Part shown: piece by piece, positions 8,207 to 18,100 of the stretch
Numbering within the stretch: position 1 is the first letter of the stretch
How the letters are laid out: the number at the start of each line of letters is the position of its first letter
NCBI GenBank assembly: GCA_020201275.1
Contig: JAIVHB010000133.1
Location: 17,857 to 81,856, forward strand
Direction: 5' to 3'
DNA length: 64,000 nt
DNA from: Rhodothermaceae bacterium
GTDB lineage: Bacteria > Bacteroidota > Rhodothermia > Balneolales > Cyclonatronaceae
Program-made: the position numbers and the translations under genes
Notes under the pieces: generated by a model
The model's database searches: none
What the model saw: the letters and a program-made list of their open reading frames with translations, nothing else
What the model was told of the DNA's origin: nothing

Positions 8207-9479
8207 TCTACTCATCCTGTTTTTTTTAACAGGGTGCTCAACACGCGAATCGTTAACAGGGAACAACAACGGAAGGCAGCCCGGCCTGCCGGTACTTGAA
8301 AACAGTTTTATCGTACAGGGTCAAAAAATTCCGTCTGCACAATTCAGGAGTATTCAGATTTACAGCGGCTCGAATCCCGCTTCGGCCCCCATCATCCAAA
8401 TTGGTTCCGGACAGACATTCACCCTGCGTTTTGACCACATTGCAAGCAGTACCGAGATGTTTACCGTGAGGGCCGAACACAGGAATGCCGACTGGAGTCC
8501 AAGCAATTTGTTCGACGGTTTTTACATGCGCGGGCAGGCTACCGATTTTATATCAGACCCTGTGCAAAGCACAGTAGTCGCTCCCAATTACATGCAATAC
8601 ACGTACCGTTTTCCCAACAGGAATTTCAATTTTCTGATTAGCGGCAACTACTTGCTGCATATAGAAGACTACCGTACAGGTGAACTTTTGTTTTCGGTGC
8701 CATTCATGCTTTTTGAAGAACGGGGTACGGTAGAAATTTCCATCGAGGAATTGTTTGGGCTTGACTCACATCATTTCCTTCACCATCAACCGTTCGCCAC
8801 CTACATTCATCCCGATTTTGTGTTGATGCCGGACCAGGATATATCCATCTATTTTGTTCAGAATCAATTCTGGGGCAGAGCACAGGAGGCCACTATCAGG
8901 GATTTGAGTGAATCGGACCGGATCAGAATGCATGTTTCCCGCGACGAGGCATTTCCGGGCAGTTATGAATTCAGACCCCTCATTATGCAGAACATCGATA
9001 ATCTGCCGGCGGAATTTCTTGAGGTGAGAAAGGATACTGAACCTCCCACTATCTTACGCGATCGTGATGTGATCAATTTCGGGGTAACACCGTCAAGTAT
9101 GGGCAGCAACAGGTACGGATCTCCTGATTCTGACAGGGGTGCCCGGTACGCTCGTGTTGTCTTTTCACTCGACAGACCCGCCAATCTTTCTGCCGACAGC
9201 AGAATTCATGTAACCGGGCCCTTTTCTAACTGGTCTGTTTCAGATGAAAACCGGATGCGCTACAATCGTGATACCGATCGTTTCGAAGCCGGTATCCTCG
9301 TAAAAGAGGGTTCCTACGACTACAAGTATGTGATCATTGAGGGCCGTACCATTGATGATCTGAGGCTTGCCGACAGCTTTGCAGATTCGCGGCAGGAATA
9401 TCATACACTGATATACTACAGAGACCTGCAGTTAAATGCAGACCGCCTGCTCAATATCAGGTCGGATTTCACACGATAG
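8178..9479 (+). CDS. DUF5103 / type IX secretion plug-like lipoprotein with a C-terminal E-set (CBM48-like) module
   Basis: TTG start at 8178 overlaps the dapF 3' end; alternative TTG starts are at 8184 and 8196. Lipobox 'FLTGC'. 'HRNADWSPSNLF...YMQYTYRFPN...LISGNYLLHI' matches my recollection of DUF5103 proteins. The C-terminal 'VTGPFSNWSV...GSYDYKYVI' resembles AMPK-beta/CBM48 folds. Confidence 0.55.
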   Translation: MFLKALLIFNLLILFFLTGCSTRESLTGNNNGRQPGLPVLENSFIVQGQKIPSAQFRSIQIYSGSNPASAPIIQIGSGQTFTLRFDHIASSTEMFTVRAEHRNADWSPSNLFDGFYMRGQATDFISDPVQSTVVAPNYMQYTYRFPNRNFNFLISGNYLLHIEDYRTGELLFSVPFMLFEERGTVEISIEELFGLDSHHFLHHQPFATYIHPDFVLMPDQDISIYFVQNQFWGRAQEATIRDLSESDRIRMHVSRDEAFPGSYEFRPLIMQNIDNLPAEFLEVRKDTEPPTILRDRDVINFGVTPSSMGSNRYGSPDSDRGARYARVVFSLDRPANLSADSRIHVTGPFSNWSVSDENRMRYNRDTDRFEAGILVKEGSYDYKYVIIEGRTIDDLRLADSFADSRQEYHTLIYYRDLQLNADRLLNIRSDFTR

Positions 9480-9514
9480 TCTGGAACTTACCAGTAGTGA
9501 GGCCGGTCGATCCC

Positions 9515-12500
9515 CTAAAAATCGATACCGATACTGAAATAGTGCACTCTGCGGCCAAAACTGCTTTCATTCACATCATAAGGCCAGGCCAGATCGTACC
9601 GGACCGGAAGACCAAGAAGAATCGTTCTCAGGCCGAAACCGGTACCCATGAGCAGATTATCTCTCACATTGTTCCAGCTGGTGTTAGTCCAGGCTGATCC
9701 CACATCGAAGAAAGCCAGCCCCTGAATGTTATATAGCGGGATAATGGGAATCGGACCCGGTAAAATGGCCGCAAACAGCGGGAATCTGAATTCTGCATTC
9801 AACAGCGTATATTTTTCACCGATACCGCGGAAGTAACCATAACCACGCATGGGATACCCGGAGGGAGAAATAAAGATATTCTTCAGATCGTCGTCAAGCA
9901 GGCTTATGTTGTCGTCCTGCCTGTAGTTGATCCAGTTCTGCATGCCGCCGAGGTAGAATTTTTGCGGATTTGGCCCCTCCGAAAAGGCACCGGTAGCCCG
10001 CAATGCTATCACATAGGGACCATAAATTCCGATATACTTTCTGACGTCGGCCGAGAGGGAGACAAAGCCGGGGAACTGATCGCTGAATGGTACACCACCG
10101 GTCAGTGAAACCATCATCCTGCTACCACCCCAGGGAGTGATAAATCCCGGTCTTGTTTTGTCATTTACATAACTCAACTGAGGATAGAAAAGGTATTCAC
10201 GCTCACTCTCGCTAAACTGGAATCCAGCCTGATCCAGAGAGATCGTAAACAGGGACTGGGAAAACTCAATACGCTCAAATTTGTTGATCGGCCGGGAGAA
10301 TGTAACACCACCACCGTAGAAACGGATTCTGGAGAGCGGGCCTCCGAGGAACTGCTGGAAGTTGAAAGCCGAGTGAAAATATTGCGCTGTTATGTTGGTC
10401 CGGTTAGCGAAATGACCGTAATACATGGAATACGAACTGTTCCTGAGATCCAGAACAAGGTTTGATGAAAAGCCGAGCTGGTGATTTCCAAGCACATCAC
10501 TTGCTACAAGCTGAATGCCTGCCGAAGCAAACGTGCCATAACCGCCCGTTGCAATACCGCCGCCTGCACCAGCATAATCAAGACTGAAATTGAGTCTGTA
10601 CCGGGTAGGGATGAATCGGCCGTCGTCAGTTTTGTTATCCGTAACAGTAAAAATGTCTTCAGCCAGTAACTCTCCGATTTCCTCGTCGGCGGTATCACCA
10701 AATACATAATTACGGAAATCTATAACATCGGACCGCACACTGTCACGAACCACCACGATATCATCCATATCATCGCCGGTTGTATCGGGGTCTGTGGTAG
10801 TCATTCCCCTGATTTCGCCACCGAATGTTTGCCGGCCGTATCCGATAGCCGGCACTCTGCGATCCTCAGACTCACTTGCTCGCCGTTCAGCCCAGTAGTT
10901 ATCAGAAAGTGGTGTATCCTTGACACGGCTGAATGGATCGTTAATAAGGAAAATATCCAGGTAGCCACCGTTAATGGAATTTACGGCCAGTTTGCTGCCA
11001 TCCCTGCTCAATGACATCTGCATTACACCTGTAACGAGATCGGTCAGCGGCCGGCTTTCACGGCTGTCGAGATCCATCACATAAATATTACTGATTCCAT
11101 TCTGGTCGGAAATATAGATCATTCTGCCATCGTTGGTCAGAAGAGGACGTTCCTCGCTCCAGCCAGGGGTATTGGTCATTCGTTCAACGCGGTTGCCATC
11201 AATCGGGGCACGGAAAATATCGGTCTGATTTAGGTTGGGGTTTGCCAGTGCATTGTAATTGGTACGGTACGTATTGAGCTGCACCCTGTCGCCCCTGTCA
11301 GATGTGAAATAAACATAGCGTGAATCGGGTGAGAAAGCAGGATCGGAATCACTGAAGACATCGTTGGTTATGCCTGTAAAATCCTGCGTTTCCAGGTTAT
11401 AGAGGTACACATCAACAAACGGCCCGCGATTGCCCTGGAATGCGATCATTTTGCCGTCGGGTGACCAGGCTACCGAACCGATTGCATCGAGCGAAGGAAA
11501 CTGGATCTTCCGAACATCACCGGAGCTGTAATCAACAATGGATATATCGTTTTGGCCCCGTGAGCGTGAAGACAGGGCAATCTGCGAGCCATCGGGCGAC
11601 CAGGCAAGATTGGGATTGAGGATGTTGAGTTCTTCGAAATCAACATTGTCTTCGCCACGGATCAGGGTTTTGATCATTCTGCCGTCGAATGCAGATATTA
11701 CGACAACGTCAAAGTATCCGCGCCGGTTGGTTATCATGGCAATGCGGTCGCCCAATGGAGAAATTGCCGGACTGGTATTATAGGAGCCGCCCCGTCCCTC
11801 GCGTTTGGTCAGGTGGGTACCGATATTTTTAAGATTTTCACGTTCGGCAACTTCGGGCCAGTATCGTTGACGCAGGTGATCGTGAAAGCGCTCGCTCAAT
11901 TCATCGATATTCAGGCCTATCGACTGACGGAAACTGGCATCAATATTCCGGCTATTTTTTATCCGCTGCATGATCTCACCGATTTTCTCACGTCCGTATT
12001 CTTCGACTATAAAATTCCACACGGCCTGACCGCCACGGTAAGCAAAATACCCGCCCAGCTGCCTTATTGGCGGCAGGTAGGTATTGATCACTGCATCCCG
12101 TATGAACATATCGGTATTTGTGTCCCATCCGAGGGCTGTATACTCAGCCAGACCCTCTTCGAACCAAAGGGGGAAAAACAGCTGGTTGGAACCTGACACC
12201 AGAGTCTGAATGTTGCCGCCGTAATACATATCATTGACCATGGCGTGCAGCAACTCATGGTGCAGAACACGACGATAATCGCCATAATCACCCTGAAACG
12301 GGATAGTAATCCGGTTTTTAAATTTATCGGTTACGCCCCCGATTCCCTGAGCATCTACCGGCAACGGAACGACGTTCGTCTGGGAAAAATCGGTGTGTGA
12401 ATCATAGATGATAACTTTTATCCGATCGTGTATCTGATGGCGAAAATCCTGCGAGAGTTGCCAGTAGGCAGCTTCCAGGGCATTGGCTGAAAATTCAGCC

Positions 12501-12688
12501 AGATAATAATTCTTAGAATCATAGTAATAGATATCAAAATGATCAGATTGAATTATTCTCCAGTCGAATGTGCTGTACTGCACCCTGTTTTTCCCAAAAA
12601 AGGTGAATTGAGAGTATGCGTTATCAACTGCTAGCAGCAGTACGAATATCAGGATTACGGCTTTGAATAGATTACCGGTAGCGTTCAT
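9515..12688 (-). CDS. Outer-membrane Omp85/D15-family barrel protein with N-terminal peptidase-MA (HExxH) domain and TolB-like beta-propeller
   Basis: 1057 aa with signal peptide 'VILIFVLLLAVDNAYSQ'. Gluzincin-type motif 'HHELLHAM ... WFEEGLAEY'. PD40/TolB repeats ('WSPDGSQIALSS', 'WSPDGKMIAFQG', 'FSPDSRYVYFTSDR', 'TNDGRMIYISDQNG', 'SRDGSKLAV'). C-terminal Omp85 barrel ('LNAEFRFPLF', 'GLAFFDVGSAW', 'GFGLRT', terminal '...SIGIDF'). Confidence 0.75.
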   Translation of the reverse strand: MNATGNLFKAVILIFVLLLAVDNAYSQFTFFGKNRVQYSTFDWRIIQSDHFDIYYYDSKNYYLAEFSANALEAAYWQLSQDFRHQIHDRIKVIIYDSHTDFSQTNVVPLPVDAQGIGGVTDKFKNRITIPFQGDYGDYRRVLHHELLHAMVNDMYYGGNIQTLVSGSNQLFFPLWFEEGLAEYTALGWDTNTDMFIRDAVINTYLPPIRQLGGYFAYRGGQAVWNFIVEEYGREKIGEIMQRIKNSRNIDASFRQSIGLNIDELSERFHDHLRQRYWPEVAERENLKNIGTHLTKREGRGGSYNTSPAISPLGDRIAMITNRRGYFDVVVISAFDGRMIKTLIRGEDNVDFEELNILNPNLAWSPDGSQIALSSRSRGQNDISIVDYSSGDVRKIQFPSLDAIGSVAWSPDGKMIAFQGNRGPFVDVYLYNLETQDFTGITNDVFSDSDPAFSPDSRYVYFTSDRGDRVQLNTYRTNYNALANPNLNQTDIFRAPIDGNRVERMTNTPGWSEERPLLTNDGRMIYISDQNGISNIYVMDLDSRESRPLTDLVTGVMQMSLSRDGSKLAVNSINGGYLDIFLINDPFSRVKDTPLSDNYWAERRASESEDRRVPAIGYGRQTFGGEIRGMTTTDPDTTGDDMDDIVVVRDSVRSDVIDFRNYVFGDTADEEIGELLAEDIFTVTDNKTDDGRFIPTRYRLNFSLDYAGAGGGIATGGYGTFASAGIQLVASDVLGNHQLGFSSNLVLDLRNSSYSMYYGHFANRTNITAQYFHSAFNFQQFLGGPLSRIRFYGGGVTFSRPINKFERIEFSQSLFTISLDQAGFQFSESEREYLFYPQLSYVNDKTRPGFITPWGGSRMMVSLTGGVPFSDQFPGFVSLSADVRKYIGIYGPYVIALRATGAFSEGPNPQKFYLGGMQNWINYRQDDNISLLDDDLKNIFISPSGYPMRGYGYFRGIGEKYTLLNAEFRFPLFAAILPGPIPIIPLYNIQGLAFFDVGSAWTNTSWNNVRDNLLMGTGFGLRTILLGLPVRYDLAWPYDVNESSFGRRVHYFSIGIDF

Positions 12689-12969
12689 TGGATGCTGATT
12701 TCAGGATAGTTTGACTTACTTTTAACGTAACGCATTTTTACACTGTATTCGTTTGATTACAGAAATTTTTTACAGTTATATGATATGTGCAGTTTCATCG
12801 GGAATTGTTTGCCCCGCTACTGCTGGCGTAAAACAATACTTTTTGTACATTCATTCGTTCGTTACACACATAGAAACAGCCTTCCGAATCAAATACGTCC
12901 ACAATCCGGCAAACCGGACTGAGTTGAGCGTATTCCGTTCTCATTTTAATAAAAGGCCGGGATAAAAAA

Positions 12970-15111
12970 CTATGCAAGTTCAAAATCAATTTGCCGTTGT
13001 TCTATGCTTGTATTAATTACTTTCACACGTATATCGCCGCCGAGCATATAGGTTTTTCCACCATGACGGCCTGTGAGGCAATGCCTGTTTTGATCGTATA
13101 CATAGTAATCGTCTTTCAGGTCACTCACGCTCACCATGCCTTCACAGTACAGATCGTTGATGTTTACGAACATGCCACGGTCGGTAACTCCGCTGATAAT
13201 TCCATCAAATTCTTCGCCTATCCTTTCTGACATGAATTCAACCTGTTTCAGCTTAACAGAATCACGTTCGGCCGTGACGGCCATTTTTTCCCTGTCGCTG
13301 CAGTCTGTTCCAAAGCGGCTCAACTCTTCAAAGCTGTAACCTGGTAATCCGGAAAAATAGTTTTTCAGCAGTCTGTGCACAATGATATCGGGATAACGCC
13401 TGATCGGACTTGTAAAGTGGGAATAGTACCCAAAGCCAAGGCCGAAATGACCGATGTTTTTGGGACTGTAAACCGCTTTTGCCATCGAACGCAGCACCAG
13501 TTCATTGATCGCATACTCGAGCGGTTTTCCCTTAATCTGTGCGAGCAATTCATTAATCTGCCCGGATGTAACATTGTCGGTTTTGAGTTCAAGCTTGATG
13601 CCAAGCGGTTTAACATTTTCAGCGATGTTCTGCAGTTTTTCAGCATCCGGCTTGTCGTGAATTCTGTAGAAAAATGGATACAGATCTTTTGATGCCCTTT
13701 TGCCCGAGGCTTTTCGCATTTGTTCGATATGCATAGCTACCGTTTTATTGGCAAGCAGCATACACTCTTCGACCAGGCGGTGGGCAATAAGTCTTTTCTT
13801 GAGATATACATTCAGAGGTTTACCATTTTCGTCGAGTTCAAAACGGGGCTCAGGGGTATTAAGATCGATTGATCCCTCACGAAAACGCTTGGCGGTAAGC
13901 ATGCGGGTCATTTCGGAAAGCATTCCGAGCGGTTCTGACAGATCGTGTTTCTTTCCGTCAATGATATCCTGGGCTTCTTCGTAGGTAAGTCTGTAAGCCG
14001 AATTAATAATGGTTTCTTCCACAGAGTGATTTACCACCTTGCCTCTCGGTGTTATCTCCATGAAGCAGCTGTATGTTAGCTTTTCCTCCTTGGGTCTGAG
14101 GCTGCAAACGCCATTACTGAGTTTTTCCGGAAGCATGGGAATAACTCTGTCGACAAGATAAACACTTGTGCCCCTGCTATAAGCTTCACGATCGAGTATA
14201 CTGTCGGGCTGCACATAATGAGATACATCCGCAATATGAACACCCAGGTAGTAATTGCCATTTTCGAGTATGCTGATGTTCAGGGCATCGTCAAAATCCT
14301 TGGCATCATCAGGATCAATGGTAAAAACGGTTTCTGTCCGGAGGTCGAGACGACGTTTGTATTCGGATTGAGAGATGACTGTGGCAACACGTTCTGCGTA
14401 TCTGTCAACCTCATCAGGGAACGTACTGCGCAGCTGATTTTCGGCCAGCACCGACAGCATGGCCGCATCATTGCTGCCTTTAGGCCCGAGCACTTCGGTA
14501 ATGCGCGCTTCAGGAAGCGATTTTGGATGGATCCAACCGACCAGTTCGAACGTTACCTTATCGTCGTTTTTTGCATTCCGGGTATTCTCGGGCAGGACAA
14601 AAAAGTTAATATGGGCCGATTTTTCATCCGGCTGAATATACAGCTGGTTTTTACCTTCCTTTTTAAATGTACCGACATAAATTCTTCCACCCCGGCTAAG
14701 TACCTCTGTAACCTTGCCCTCGGGCTTATCATTTCGTCCGGCGGCAGTGACCTTAACAGTTACCCTGTCGCCCGGAAGTGCAAGGCCTGTCTTTTTTCTG
14801 GGGATTCTGATTTCAGTAGTGCCATCGCCGATCTTTACAAAACCTACACTAAAACGGTTGAAGGTGATCCGCCCCTCTGCCATTACCAGTTTATCGGGAT
14901 CCTGTTCCAGCTTTATTTCATTACCACGGTTTCTGGCACGGAGCACATTCTGGGCTATGAGAGAATGAACCGCCTTATTGAGCTGTTTTCTGTGAGCGCC
15001 TTTCTGCATGTTGAGAGCTGTAGAGAGCACTTCAACAGGTATGTAGTTGTCTCCATGTTTGTACAGAAAATCGAGTATAAATTTTTCTATTTCTTTTTTT
15101 GTTCTTTTCAT
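12970..15111 (-). CDS. rnr: Ribonuclease R
   Basis: 713 aa. RNB catalytic blocks ('IDPDDAKDFDDAL', 'HFGLGFGYYSHFTSPIRRYPDIIVHRLL'). C-terminal S1 domain ('FDGIISGVTDRGMFVNI'). Confidence 0.95.
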   Translation of the reverse strand: MKRTKKEIEKFILDFLYKHGDNYIPVEVLSTALNMQKGAHRKQLNKAVHSLIAQNVLRARNRGNEIKLEQDPDKLVMAEGRITFNRFSVGFVKIGDGTTEIRIPRKKTGLALPGDRVTVKVTAAGRNDKPEGKVTEVLSRGGRIYVGTFKKEGKNQLYIQPDEKSAHINFFVLPENTRNAKNDDKVTFELVGWIHPKSLPEARITEVLGPKGSNDAAMLSVLAENQLRSTFPDEVDRYAERVATVISQSEYKRRLDLRTETVFTIDPDDAKDFDDALNISILENGNYYLGVHIADVSHYVQPDSILDREAYSRGTSVYLVDRVIPMLPEKLSNGVCSLRPKEEKLTYSCFMEITPRGKVVNHSVEETIINSAYRLTYEEAQDIIDGKKHDLSEPLGMLSEMTRMLTAKRFREGSIDLNTPEPRFELDENGKPLNVYLKKRLIAHRLVEECMLLANKTVAMHIEQMRKASGKRASKDLYPFFYRIHDKPDAEKLQNIAENVKPLGIKLELKTDNVTSGQINELLAQIKGKPLEYAINELVLRSMAKAVYSPKNIGHFGLGFGYYSHFTSPIRRYPDIIVHRLLKNYFSGLPGYSFEELSRFGTDCSDREKMAVTAERDSVKLKQVEFMSERIGEEFDGIISGVTDRGMFVNINDLYCEGMVSVSDLKDDYYVYDQNRHCLTGRHGGKTYMLGGDIRVKVINTSIEQRQIDFELA

Positions 15112-15136
15112 CCTGATAGTATTCAGTTATGTAAGT

Positions 15137-18100
15137 TTATTCTACAGATTCAGCCACTGCCTGTGTTCGTTCTTCTGAGGATACAAATATTTTCCTGATT
15201 GAACCCCATATCCGCTGACCGAGTTCGCGCCATGTATTAAACTGGACACGGGCCTCGAGACCAATGCCGTTCACACTTTCAACCTGGGTTTCCGTTTGCT
15301 GCAGGGCAAGCCGTTGGTCTTTACGGTGAAAAAGTTCAACCGACAGGGCACGATTTATCCTGTACCTGACTCCGAGATCGCCGATACTAACTTCGGCACT
15401 TTCGTCGTAAACATCGCGGTAAACTCCACCACGCAGAATAAGCCGGTCATCAAACAGGCGCAATGCCACCCCGAGATCGGCCTGGTCGAGACCAGTAAGG
15501 TTCAGGTCCACATCCAGGTTAAGGTTGGTGAGGTTTGAGTTAAGCAGTGAGGTAATCTGATTGGAGAGAAGGCTCAGGCCCGCCTGCCCGGCTGCCCGGC
15601 TCTGGAATTCCCTGCCAAAAGCACCTGTATCTGTACCTGTTGAACCGGTCTGTATAAAGGTACCGGTAAACAGCAGACTTGTAGCCTGAATCAGTTTTTG
15701 TTCTTCGTTATTGATTATTGTAAGCAGGGTTGTGTAATCTGAGGCATCTGTGGCATTTGGGAATTCGAAATAGAACTCATTTTCAATAGTGTCGAGATTG
15801 CCCTTAATAACAAGCACAAGGTCTACTGGTATCCGCTGCGGTGTATCGTCGGGTATGGCCGGATCAATAGGAGCAATATTCGGCCTGGACCTGTAAGCGG
15901 CTGTTATATCTACACGGGCATTGGCCGGGTCTCCTTCCCAGGTAATGCTTCCACCCTCACGTATTGAAAATCTTCGGTTGAAGATATCACCTCCAACAAA
16001 CAGGTAGTCACCACCGTCTACATCAAATCTGCCAAACATCTGCAGTGTCTGGTCTTCGAGTGTAATCCGGATACGTCCGTTGCCCCTGGCCGTAATTATT
16101 TCGCCTGTAACCGGGTCAAATACCAGCTGAACTGTAGTATTCTGCGGAGCTACAAACTGCAGGTCGAACTGGAATATTTCCATGAAGCCCAAATCATCAT
16201 CCGGCTGGTCAAGTTCAACCAAACGGTCTGCCTGATGCCTGAAAGCTTCATCGAAGCTGGTTACATAACGGATTAGTCTGGACTGCTCCTCAACACTGGT
16301 TTCATCAAGCAGTGGTATGGAAAGCCTCGAATCGGAGGTTACCACAACTGTCTGCGTAGTTCTAAGGTAGGGAGATGTATTCAGCCCGATTAAATTGATC
16401 TCACCGGTTCCGGTTACATTCCCGTAAAACGGTTCGTCTGCCGAATACCGGTTATTGAGAAACTGAAGCCGGTCGAGGGTCAGAGATATGTTCAGATATT
16501 TTTCTCGTTCGAAATCGTTAAGGTCCACAATACCATAGAGATTACCCCGCCCCTGCCGCCCGTCGGATACCGAGACATTGTCGATAAATACACCGGTAAT
16601 CCTGTCGAGTTCAAGCGGACCGGATAACGTGTAATCTGTATTCAGAAAAACCGGGCGGGCATAGACCTCGTCAAGATCAAAAAGGGCATTAAAGTAGTAA
16701 TCTTCAAGTGTACCATATAAAACGCCTTTACCGGCAGATTTCCCTTCAACTTCTTCAAAGATCCCACTCACAATTAAGGGCAGAATCCACATGTCGATTT
16801 CTTGGAGGTCTGCATCAAAATAATAGACCGTATCGGCAGGGTTTTCAGGATCGGGTGGCACAAGAAAACCATTCAGGTGCAGATTGTTTCCAATACCATT
16901 ATTGCCCTTTCTGTACTCCGCATATTTCTGTTCATCAGTTTCCACTGACAGGCTGGTATCAAAATGGCGGTTCAACGGATTGAAGGCGCTTTTAAAGGTA
17001 ACATCGCCAATCAATCTGTTGTTGAGATGCAGACCGTCAATAAAAATATCACCCTCTATGGTCGGGCTGGTTGTGAGTGTTTTCGTAGTCACTGTTGCAT
17101 TCAGGCTGCCATCAAAACTGATCCGCCCTCCGATCAGAGACGATATAGCTGCCATACCCACTTCGTTGAGGCTGTAACGCATGGAATCTGAATCCAGATC
17201 GCTAAAAACCCCGTTGAGTACAACGAGACCATCATCACTTGAAATTTCAAGATCGTCAATAATGAGACGGCGGTTATTATCATATACAATTCTGATATCT
17301 CTTGGATTTCTCCAGTCATAAATCTCATTGCCCAGAAAGAATCGGTCCATATTCATTACAACAGATGAATCGGATACCACCACTTCCGCATCGCTTCTAA
17401 AGGCAAAATCATTCCCCAGGGTTTTAATCTCCGTTTCAAAGTCCCACCGGTTATCTGCAGTTTGAATTTTGAAACCAAGTCCACCAATAACGAGTGCCGG
17501 GTGGTCAACTTTTTCAACATCCGCCGTGAGATCAAAATCCAGATACTGTACATCGACTTCTGCCGGTTTCATCTGTCCGTTGAAAATAATATTGGCACCC
17601 GATGCGATGAGACTGTCTGATCTGAATTCACGGCTGTAAACGGAACCAGACAATTCCAGCGATTGATGATCGGCCATGAGTGAGATTTCGAAATCTGAAT
17701 CGGTATCAATGTCGGGGAAAGCTTTATAGATACCGGAAATCCGGTCCAGATTATTCAAGCTTCCTTTTAAATCAATACGAACGGGGTCGCCACCGGTTGG
17801 TTTTTCAGCTGCATCTGATACATCATAGTCTGCAAACCAGAGCCTTTTTTCAAGCCTTGTGTAAGCCTCCCATTTCCAAAGCCTGAACATATCTTCAACA
17901 GAGGAAGGTTTAAATGATCCTTCAGCTGTCAGATTAATAATTTCACTGCTTAAATCAAGCCTCCGTACTTCCTGTTCAGCATCATTCAATCTTAACTCCA
18001 CCGCCTGCCCGCCAATCATTTCCCCGTCATATTCCGACTCACGGATACTGATGAGCAGATCGCCCGACAGCTTGTCGGTTTCGGCACCTTTAAGGTTTAC

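Noticed and set aside
14218-15198. 326-aa ORF on the plus strand
   Set aside because: It is antisense to rnr, whose RNB/S1 motifs are unambiguous. It has no motifs of its own and is a shadow ORF.
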